From positions 372,317 through 436,316 of the IMG/VR virus record IMGVR_UViG_3300032782_000001: a DNA stretch of 64,000 bases; one strand, given 5' to 3'. The notes below the pieces were generated by a model. The model was not told the DNA's origin. It ran no database searches and was given only the letters and a program-made list of their open reading frames with translations. The position numbers and the translations under genes are program-made. Shown piece after piece: positions 57,892 to 64,000 of this stretch. How positions within the stretch are numbered: the first letter of the stretch is position 1; every line of letters starts with the position of its first letter.

Positions 57892-58119
57892 CTAGCAGCG
57901 CTCCATGCGGCGCGCCCACCGCTCGTAGTCCTCGACCTGCTCCTCCGTCATCTTGGGGACGAGAGGAGTCCGGGAGCCAGACTCGTCCTCGTACTCGAGC
58001 GTGTCGCCGTGCGAGGCCATGTTCGGGCTGACGCATTGCCCGATGGGTGCGTGCTTGACGAGCCGGGTCAGGGGCTTGGCCGTGCGGTCTGCGTCGAGAC
58101 GTGCCTTCTTCGTGTCCAT
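57892..58119 (-). CDS. Small protein, paralog of 60123..60311
   Basis: MDTKKARLDADRTAKPLTRLVKHAPIGQC; cassette promoter and RBS. Confidence 0.7.
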   Translation of the reverse strand: MDTKKARLDADRTAKPLTRLVKHAPIGQCVSPNMASHGDTLEYEDESGSRTPLVPKMTEEQVEDYERWARRMERC

Positions 58120-58190
58120 CGTCGTCACCTCCGACCTGGAATACGACAAGAGGGACCGGACTTGCGCCCGGTCCCCTGGGTCCTGGTGGG

Positions 58191-58409
58191 CTATTCGCCC
58201 TTGGCCGCTTTCCTTCCTGCTTCGGTGACCCTGATGTTGCCTTCCGCGTCCTCTTCGAGCATGCCGCGGCGCAGCAATGCTTCGTGCGTCACGATGTTCT
58301 GGTGGTGCGTCGGGCGTCGCATGCCGATCTTGGTCTTTTGACCCTTGTTGCTGTCTTCGACCCCGACGCACCATTTGAGATCTTCGAGCATCCGCTGGCT
58401 GAGCTTCAT
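58191..58409 (-). CDS. Small winged-helix-like protein
   Basis: EALLRRGML......IRVTEAGRKA wing motif; cassette promoter and RBS. Confidence 0.65.
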   Translation of the reverse strand: MKLSQRMLEDLKWCVGVEDSNKGQKTKIGMRRPTHHQNIVTHEALLRRGMLEEDAEGNIRVTEAGRKAAKGE

Positions 58410-58458
58410 CCCGTCACCTCCGGGGCAGAATACGCCCCGGAGCGCGGAATTTGCGGCT

Positions 58459-58695
58459 TTAGGGCACTTCCATCCGGACGGTGATTTGGTCGTCCTTCCC
58501 TTCCCATCCGTCCGGGTGCGCGTCGTAGAAGCCATCCCGGACTTCGAGGTTGCCCACGAGGACGCCCGACTCGTCCTGCTCGGTGTGGAATTCCCCGACC
58601 GCCGTATGCCACGCCACGATGTTCTTAGCGCGTCGGATCGCTTCGTCCGACGTCATGGTGTCCGGCTTCTCGATCCCGATGAAGACCATTTCCAT
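58459..58695 (-). CDS. Small hypothetical protein
   Basis: Cassette promoter and RBS. Confidence 0.7.
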   Translation of the reverse strand: MEMVFIGIEKPDTMTSDEAIRRAKNIVAWHTAVGEFHTEQDESGVLVGNLEVRDGFYDAHPDGWEGKDDQITVRMEVP

Positions 58696-58746
58696 CTCGT
58701 CACCTCCAGCCAGGAATACGGCCGGAGGTGCGAGATTTACAGGCCT

Positions 58747-58962
58747 TCAGGCTGCGAACCGGGTTGCTTCCTCGGCGAAGACCGAGAGAACGTCGGCCGC
58801 TTCCTCGAGTTCGGTCTCGAGGAAATCGACCTGTGCCTGGTTGTATTCCAAGTCCTCGTAGTCGGTGTAGCCCTCCGCGTCCGTGGACGCTGCGTGAGCC
58901 GCCTCGTACGCATCCCCGATGGCCATTCCGAGCAGCGAATCCCTGGCGATCACCTTCTCCAT
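58747..58962 (-). CDS. Small acidic protein
   Basis: Cassette promoter and RBS; MEKVIARDSLLGMAIGDAY. Confidence 0.7.
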   Translation of the reverse strand: MEKVIARDSLLGMAIGDAYEAAHAASTDAEGYTDYEDLEYNQAQVDFLETELEEAADVLSVFAEEATRFAA

Positions 58963-59048
58963 TGTCGTCACCTCCGACCAGGAATACGACGGAGAACGCA
59001 GGATTTACAAGTCTGAAGCGGCGCGCGGCGGATTTCTGCTCTGCCCGG

Positions 59049-59120
59049 AGGATCCGGCGGGATTCGAACCCGCGACCATGGGGTTAAAAGCCCCTAGCTC
59101 TACCCCTGAGCTACGGATCC
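59049..59120 (-). tRNA. trnK: tRNA-Lys (anticodon UUU), CCA not encoded
   Basis: GGATCCG/CGGATCC acceptor; GCTC-AGGGGTA-GAGC D-arm; GGGG-CTTTTAA-CCCC anticodon arm; GCGGG-TTCGAAT-CCCGC T-arm. Confidence 0.92.
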
Positions 59121-59141
59121 AATGTTTCACGTGAAAACATC

Positions 59142-59171
59142 GGGACGGCGGGTGTAGTGACCCGCCGTCCC
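59142..59171 (-). terminator. Intrinsic terminator after the 59183..59368 gene
   Basis: 12-bp stem gggacggcgggt/acccgccgtccc followed by GATGTTTT on the minus strand. Confidence 0.65.
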
Positions 59172-59182
59172 TTGGGGTTGTG

Positions 59183-59368
59183 TCAGCCCACGCCGTAGAC
59201 CGCCATGTGCTCGATCCACGGATGGACGCGGACCCCACGCTTGGTCGGGGGCGGCGGTTCCGTGGCCCATGCCGCGTACGCCTTGCAGTCTTCGCACTCC
59301 CCGCAAGGCTCCGGCTCGCCCGTGCAGACCTTGGAATCCTCGACCGGCGCATTGAACCTCGTGTTCAT
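59183..59368 (-). CDS. Small protein with C-x5-CxxCxxC
   Basis: Cassette promoter and RBS; CTGEPEPCGECEDC. Confidence 0.7.
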   Translation of the reverse strand: MNTRFNAPVEDSKVCTGEPEPCGECEDCKAYAAWATEPPPPTKRGVRVHPWIEHMAVYGVG

Positions 59369-59410
59369 CGTCATCACCTCCGACCATGAATACGGCCGGA
59401 GGCGACGGAT

Positions 59411-59683
59411 TTACACCTCGCGGATTTGGTCTCGCGCCTCGCGCTTGTGGAACTGGCGACGCACCTTGCCCACCAGCTGCTTGACGCGGTGCGTCGACCG
59501 ACCACCAGTAGCGGCAGTGCTGTAGCGGTCGAGGTGGCCGTCGCGGAAGGTCGCGCAGATCTCCGAGCCGAAGTGGCCGGCTTGGAAGCGTTGACCGATC
59601 GTCATCTTCGGATGGTTGCGCGACGGCTCCGAGAGCCACTTCGTGTACCGCATCGTGGGAACCTTGCGCGTCGTCCTTGCCAT
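59411..59683 (-). CDS. Small basic protein
   Basis: Cassette promoter and RBS; MARTTRKVPTMRY. Confidence 0.7.
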   Translation of the reverse strand: MARTTRKVPTMRYTKWLSEPSRNHPKMTIGQRFQAGHFGSEICATFRDGHLDRYSTAATGGRSTHRVKQLVGKVRRQFHKREARDQIREV

Positions 59684-59688
59684 CTCGA

Positions 59689-59877
59689 TCACCTCCGTTT
59701 CTGAGTACGCGACCGAGAGTTGGACTTGCAACTCCAAAACACCGTCAAGTACGGGCCGACGTACGAGCGGTCTGACTTCAGGAGCTTGTTGCCCATCTTC
59801 TCGAGAAAGGCGTCAATCTCCTCGTCCGAGTCGAAGCGCTTGCTGTGCTCGTAGTCCACCCCATCCAACATTGGCAT
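59689..59877 (-). CDS. Small hypothetical protein
   Basis: Cassette promoter and RBS; MPMLDGVDYEH. Confidence 0.6.
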   Translation of the reverse strand: MPMLDGVDYEHSKRFDSDEEIDAFLEKMGNKLLKSDRSYVGPYLTVFWSCKSNSRSRTQKRR

Positions 59878-60122
59878 GTTGTCACCTCCAATTTGGAATA
59901 CGACGGAGAAGGCCGGACTTGCGCCCGGCCCTTGCCCGATCAGCCCACAGGCCCGCGCACCTCGCAGGCGAGCCAGACCAGACCGTGCCAGACCCCCTGG
60001 CGCCGGAAGTACGCGATCCAGCCCCCGAACTCCTCCGAAACGAGCCGCGGCAACCGCACGAGACGAGAAACCATGTCCGCCACCTCCGGCCGAGGATACG
60101 ACCGGAGGTGGCGGATTTGCGG

Positions 60123-60311
60123 TCAGGTGAGCTTGGTGCGGAGCCCGTCCTCGTCCTCGTACTCGAGGTCCGTGAGGTGCGTGTGCGGTCCGACGCACTG
60201 GCCGACGGGCACGTGCTTGACGATTCGCGTCTTCGGCTTGGCGGTCTTGTCCGCGTCGAGACGGGCCTTCTGGCAGAGCGTGTCGTAGTCGTCCAAGAGC
60301 TTCGTGTTCAT
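60123..60311 (-). CDS. Small protein, paralog of 57892..58119
   Basis: KARLDADKTAKPKTRIVKHVPVGQCVGP...LEYEDEDG. Confidence 0.7.
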   Translation of the reverse strand: MNTKLLDDYDTLCQKARLDADKTAKPKTRIVKHVPVGQCVGPHTHLTDLEYEDEDGLRTKLT

Positions 60312-60373
60312 CGAATCACCTCCGACTGAGAGTACGGCGGAGAGGGCCGGACTTGCGCCCGGCCCCCGGCCCT

Positions 60374-60613
60374 TCAGGGCGCCTCGACCATCAGGTCCAG
60401 AAACGCCTGGCCATCCGGCGTAAGCGCTTCGGCGTCCACGAAGCCCACAGCCGTCTGCCGGGTCCGCAAGTCGGCCGTCTGTCCCTCGGCCGTCTCGCCC
60501 ACGGTGAGGCGGTCCGAGAAGAGGCCGGCCTGCGTCCCATCCGCCCAACAGACCGCGATCGTCAGGCCCAGGCCCAGGCTGTCCGCGAACACCGCCTTGT
60601 TCGTCAATTTCAT
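60374..60613 (-). CDS. Small hypothetical protein
   Basis: Cassette promoter and RBS. Confidence 0.7.
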   Translation of the reverse strand: MKLTNKAVFADSLGLGLTIAVCWADGTQAGLFSDRLTVGETAEGQTADLRTRQTAVGFVDAEALTPDGQAFLDLMVEAP

Positions 60614-60708
60614 CGTCGTCACCTCCGACCAGGAATACGGCAGGACGGGCGGGATTTACACGACGCGGGCCGGGTTGTAAATCCCCCGGCCCGCGTCGTA
60701 TTCGGATC

Positions 60709-61059
60709 TCAGTGGCAGCGGAGCGTAACCGTCCGGCTGCCCCACGCGCCCTGGCCGCTGCCGGGCTTCGCGTTCCAGAGCGCACCGACCTCTCGGGTCT
60801 CGCCGTCGTTGCAGGGGGCCGCTTGCACGTGGACCGCCTTGGGCGCGGGGCGCGGCTTGGACGCCACGATCGTGATCGGGATCTCGAGGGGCGCGGGCTC
60901 GTCGTGGGCCTTCTCGGGCGCCGGTGCGGGCTTGGGCGCCTCCTGCGTGGCCACGGGCGCCGCCTTGGCCGTGGGCTCCACGAACGTGCTTCCGAGCCAG
61001 ACGCTCGCGGCCGCCGCCAGGATCCACGCGCCGATCGTCGCCATCGTCTTCTTCGTCAT
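60709..61059 (-). CDS. Membrane-anchored Pro/Ala-rich small protein
   Basis: N-terminal TM, QEAPKPAPAP linker, two Cys in the C-terminal part; cassette promoter and RBS. Confidence 0.7.
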   Translation of the reverse strand: MTKKTMATIGAWILAAAASVWLGSTFVEPTAKAAPVATQEAPKPAPAPEKAHDEPAPLEIPITIVASKPRPAPKAVHVQAAPCNDGETREVGALWNAKPGSGQGAWGSRTVTLRCH

Positions 61060-61239
61060 GATCATCACCTCCATCCCCCGATACGACGACGAGCCGCAGA
61101 CTTCCGAACCCGGCAGGCCTATGCAAATTGTTGCAAGTTGGAAGTATTGGAGGACGGAGGGGGCTTGCGTGTCTCGTTCCAATTGCAAGACATGACGATG
61201 CCCAGACTCCGTAAATTGGAGCCCGGGCATCGTATGCGT

Positions 61240-61422
61240 TCAGCGGCAGCCGCGTGCGTTGAACCGCGGGTCTCGCTCGTGGTTCTTCTGCCACGTGGTG
61301 GGCCGCTTGGCTCCTGCGTCGCGCGGCGCGCTGGCGAGGAGCCTTTCGTAGAAGCCGGGCTCCTTGTCGTGGCAGCCTTCGGGCGGCGAGCATCGCAACG
61401 TGTCGGGTTCTTGGTCGTCCAT
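61240..61422 (-). CDS. Small hypothetical protein
   Basis: Cassette promoter and RBS; MDDQEPDTLRC. Confidence 0.55.
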   Translation of the reverse strand: MDDQEPDTLRCSPPEGCHDKEPGFYERLLASAPRDAGAKRPTTWQKNHERDPRFNARGCR

Positions 61423-61530
61423 CGCGTCACCTCCGCCCACGCATACGACGACGAGCCGCAGACTTCCGAACCCGGCAGCGGGCCGCAAATTGTGCTGTGG
61501 GTGCCGTATCACTGGTTGGAGGTGACGACA

Positions 61531-62058
61531 ATGAACCAGGACATCGACACGCAGGTTTCGGATTCTCTCTTCGGCGCGGCTCTCGTTCAGGCGGTTCTCG
61601 CGGAGCCCGAGACCACGGAGCCCTGCCCCGCGACGGCCCGCTCGGCCAAGCCCGCGGAAATCCAGCCCGCCACGGCGTACTCCAAGTCGGAGGTGACGAC
61701 GATGAACCAGAACAGCTACCCGTTCCGCAGCAAGGCCCAGATCGCAGCAGCTCTCGCCGAAAGCGCGCCCTTCCGCCTCGAGTGCCTCGGCATCCTGTTC
61801 GATCGCCAGACGGCGTACGAACAGAGCTCCGAGACCACGCTCAACCGCAACCGCCAGGGCTTCATGAGCTCGCACGCCGTCCACGGCTGCCGCATCGCCA
61901 AGAAGATGCGGGCCGGCGAGGAGCTCACCGCCGAGGATCTCGATCGCGTCGCGACGATCGTGCCGCGCTACACCCGCCAGCTCGCCGAGCACTTCCGCCA
62001 CGAGGCGGTTGCGGCGAACCCGGCCCTCAAGGCGGCGGCCGCAGTCTTCGGGGTCTGA
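61531..62058 (+). CDS. Hypothetical protein with a second in-frame start at 61702
   Basis: Two cassette promoters with RBS, at 61485 and 61656; the C-terminal 118 aa look protein-like. Confidence 0.65.
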   Translation: MNQDIDTQVSDSLFGAALVQAVLAEPETTEPCPATARSAKPAEIQPATAYSKSEVTTMNQNSYPFRSKAQIAAALAESAPFRLECLGILFDRQTAYEQSSETTLNRNRQGFMSSHAVHGCRIAKKMRAGEELTAEDLDRVATIVPRYTRQLAEHFRHEAVAANPALKAAAAVFGV

Positions 62059-62104
62059 GATCGGACCAGGGGGGCGCGTAACCGGAAGGCCGGTACGCGC
62101 CCGG

Positions 62105-62154
62105 CCAACAGCCAAAGCACGATTCCAATATTGGAATCGTGCTTTGGCTGTTGG
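62105..62154. repeat. Perfect 50-bp palindrome with no loop
   Basis: ccaacagccaaagcacgattccaat|attggaatcgtgctttggctgttgg. Confidence 0.95.
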
Positions 62155-62226
62155 ATTTCTGTCTCTTCGGTTTTCGTCGTCTCGTAGATCCGTCGGTCCG
62201 CGGCGTATCCCAGATCGGAGGTGACG

Positions 62227-62499
62227 ATGACGACGATCGAAAGCGCCGTTTACAAGCCGTTGGAGCAGGACGAGCAGCCGGGCATGCCGACCTTCCGCGT
62301 GAAGGGTGTGTACGATGGGGCTCCGTTCGAAGGGGAACTGTCCGTCGAGGTCGACGGACGGGACATCGAGTGGAAGGGAACGCCTGACCCGGACGGCCCG
62401 GATTGGAACTCCGGGATGTGTGCTGCCATCATCGAGGAGCTCTGGAGTCTTCCCGCTTGGGAAGACGCCCGGTCGGAGCACGGCGAGTACATGGGCTGA
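62227..62499 (+). CDS. Small acidic protein
   Basis: Cassette promoter at 62184 and GGAGGT RBS. Confidence 0.7.
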   Translation: MTTIESAVYKPLEQDEQPGMPTFRVKGVYDGAPFEGELSVEVDGRDIEWKGTPDPDGPDWNSGMCAAIIEELWSLPAWEDARSEHGEYMG

Positions 62500-62544
62500 A
62501 CAGACATGCCGGAGGGATCTGAATGATCCCTCCGGCATGTCTGT
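62500..62544. terminator. 20-bp-arm hairpin immediately after the stop codon
   Basis: acagacatgccggagggatc-tgaat-gatccctccggcatgtctgt. Confidence 0.6.
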
Positions 62545-62667
62545 ATTGGGGGATCTGTAAGTTTCTCCATACCTACGTGTATATTTACACGTTGCCTCCG
62601 GCCGTGGACGCACGGGTGACGAGTGGCGGAGCTGCCTGAAGCCGGATAAAGGGGACAGCCGCTCTTT

Positions 62668-62704
62668 ATCTATGGCAGGGATCACGGCGATCCCTGCCAT
62701 AGAT
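62668..62704. repeat. 16-bp-arm inverted repeat
   Basis: atctatggcagggatc-acggc-gatccctgccatagat. Confidence 0.9.
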
Positions 62705-62725
62705 CTTTGGTAAAATCCTTAGGTC

Positions 62726-63052
62726 ATGACGCCGAGCCAGGTTGCCCAGTCCCTCCGCCACATCGCTTCCAAGATCGACAACTCCAAGTTGCCCGACCGG
62801 ACTTTGGTCGCGCGCGACCTGCGCGGTTTGCTCACGCAGATTGCGCAGGAGCAAGAGGAGTGCGGCATGGGTGGGGTTGCCCAACAGCAGCAGGGTCAGC
62901 AGGAGCAGCAGGCTCTTCCGAAGTCCGGCGTCGGCCAGCAGATGCTCATGGAGGCCATCAGCGAGCTTCAGGACGCTGCGAAGTCCGGCGACCACAGCAA
63001 GTTCGAGAAGGCTCTCGCCAAGGTCAACGGCGCCAAGGCGAAGGCTGGCTGA
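62726..63052 (+). CDS. Helical Gln-rich hypothetical protein (no cassette promoter)
   Basis: 108-aa ORF with high-GC codon usage. Confidence 0.65.
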   Translation: MTPSQVAQSLRHIASKIDNSKLPDRTLVARDLRGLLTQIAQEQEECGMGGVAQQQQGQQEQQALPKSGVGQQMLMEAISELQDAAKSGDHSKFEKALAKVNGAKAKAG

Positions 63053-63057
63053 AATAT

Positions 63058-63086
63058 CTGGCAGGGATGAAAGAAAACCCTGCCGG
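63058..63086. terminator. Candidate bidirectional terminator between convergent genes
   Basis: ggcaggg-N11-ccctgcc stem with an A-rich loop. Confidence 0.4.
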
Positions 63087-63104
63087 ATACTCGGGCGTCG
63101 CGGT

Positions 63105-63215
63105 TTACGATCCGTAGTACCAGAGCGGGATGCGCTTGTAGACGCCAGGTCCCTGGATGACGTACCAGGGCTTGTTGTTGATGATCTGCACTTCCCCATT
63201 GATCTTGTTCGGCAT
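63105..63215 (-). CDS. 36-aa mini-protein (below the ORF-track cutoff)
   Basis: MPNKINGEVQIINNKPWYVIQGPGVYKRIPLWYYGS; cassette promoter and GGAGGT RBS. Confidence 0.6.
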   Translation of the reverse strand: MPNKINGEVQIINNKPWYVIQGPGVYKRIPLWYYGS

Positions 63216-63363
63216 CGCGTCACCTCCACTGTTCGGGTACGCGGCGAATCCGTCGATCTATGGCAGTATTCAGTTTGATCTATGCCAGATAGTCGTCAAG
63301 CCGGCCAGGAACCCATTCCCAGTCGGCTTGACGGTGGCGACGACGCCAACTCTTTTAACGATT

Positions 63364-63442
63364 GCTGATAGGCGGGAGTCGAACCCGCCGCCGCGTACCA
63401 CCTGACCGGTTTCTCGCCGACGAAAGCGTTACTCCCTGTCAG
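63364..63442 (-). ncRNA. Degenerate tRNA-like element
   Basis: T-arm GCGGG-TTCGACT-CCCGC and 6/7-bp acceptor CTGACAG/CTATCAG; D and anticodon arms are non-canonical. Confidence 0.35.
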
Positions 63443-63602
63443 GTTCGTCAGTTACGCGACCCGAAGCCCCGGATCGTGCTATTGCGCGCGGTAGTGGTCC
63501 AGACTGCGGCCTCTTGGGTTGTCTTCCCTTGGTGAGGCGCCGCGTGTCTCTTGCACTGCCGCGCTAAGTTTTTACGTCGACTAGAGGAAGATCTCGCGGA
63601 GC

Positions 63603-63752
63603 TCAGACAAGACCTTCTTGCGATCCTTCGACGAGAGCTCCTTCCGCGTACCTGTTGTTCTCTTCGTAGACTTCGACCACGGACTTGTCGTTCCTGTCCG
63701 GGTAGTCGTCGTTCTGGTTGTACCACTCCGTGCGGTTGAGAGTCTTGGTCAC
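63603..63752 (-). CDS. 49-aa acidic mini-protein (GTG start)
   Basis: MTKTLNRTEWYNQNDDYPDR...; cassette promoter and RBS. Confidence 0.6.
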   Translation of the reverse strand: MTKTLNRTEWYNQNDDYPDRNDKSVVEVYEENNRYAEGALVEGSQEGLV

Positions 63753-63756
63753 GTCG

Positions 63757-63990
63757 TCACCTCCGTCGATCAGTACGACGGAGGTGCGCAGACTTGCGGT
63801 ATTGCGTGACTGTCACCCGGAAAAACTGGCCGTTGACTCGGAGGAGGACCTGATTCGGATTAAGCTCGGAAACCAACACCTTGAAACCTTCTCCGAGCTC
63901 CGTCCCTCCGTCTTCGGCCATCGCGCTCATCGCATCCGCAACGGCGTCCGCAACTTCGAAATTTTGCAAACGTCCAGCAGATCGGCCCAT
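63757..63990 (-). CDS. Small hypothetical protein
   Basis: Preceded by GGCGACGACCATG, likely another cassette cut by the window edge. Confidence 0.55.
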   Translation of the reverse strand: MGRSAGRLQNFEVADAVADAMSAMAEDGGTELGEGFKVLVSELNPNQVLLRVNGQFFRVTVTQYRKSAHLRRTDRRR

Positions 63991-64000
63991 GGTCGTCGCC

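Larger units (their letters stand above)
57524..63795. promoter_or_regulatory. 20 copies of a promoter-like element, consensus G(C/T/G)AA(A/G)T-N14-CGTA, most followed by a GGAG(GT) RBS
   Basis: Spacer counted as exactly 14 nt in every copy. Minus-strand copies precede starts at 57526, 57839, 58119, 58409, 58695, 58962, 59368, 59683, 59877, 60074, 60311, 60613, 61059, 61422, 63215 and 63752. Plus-strand copies are at 60677, 61485, 61656 and 62184. Confidence 0.85.

Noticed and set aside
62611-62665. Hammerhead ribozyme (CTGAAG...GATAAA inside a stem)
   Set aside because: The conserved CUGANGA and GAAA cores are not properly matched.
60712-62700. Long ORFs 60712..62058 (+, from GTG), 61240..62700 (-), 60353..61195 (+), 59616..60329 (+) and similar
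   Set aside because: High-GC shadow frames that run across several promoter cassettes; the short RBS-led genes explain the region better.
57524-63795. CRISPR array
   Set aside because: The repeats are degenerate, irregularly spaced (about 170-1000 bp), occur on both strands and flank ORFs with RBS; they fit promoter cassettes. No cas operon is present.

Overview
The window looks like 64 kb of a very large phage-like replicon (inference: dense short ORFs, ATGA overlaps, replication and nucleotide-metabolism genes scattered among ORFans, no rRNA or ribosomal genes; no capsid or terminase gene is visible here). 1-24 kb is a replication/repair block: DnaX (cut by the window edge), HolA, HolB, a beta-clamp-like protein, TOPRIM primase core, SbcD and a C-terminal half of SbcC, RecD2 helicase, an NAD-dependent ligase split into two divergent genes, HPRT and a class II RNR, interrupted by a five-gene OmpA/ABC transporter operon. 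25-56 kb holds sigma-like proteins, a PurA-family enzyme with PurZ-type (2-aminoadenine pathway) signature residues, ThyX, a MazG-like protein, dNMP kinase, 5'(3')-deoxyribonucleotidase, endolysin, PARG-like hydrolase and many ORFans. Eight otherwise unrelated proteins there end in the same C-terminal peptide, (E/D/R/V)-V-M-(E/D/S/M)-(S/T)-stop. After a G-quadruplex-like tract at about 57.1 kb the GC content jumps (by eye from about 45-50% to about 65-70%). There follows an array of tiny genes, each with its own copy of a promoter-like element (consensus GNAART-N14-CGTA, 20 copies), most also with a GGAG(GT)-type RBS, plus tRNA-Lys, a perfect 50-bp palindrome and related long hairpins. All calls come from motif reading and recall; no database search was run.
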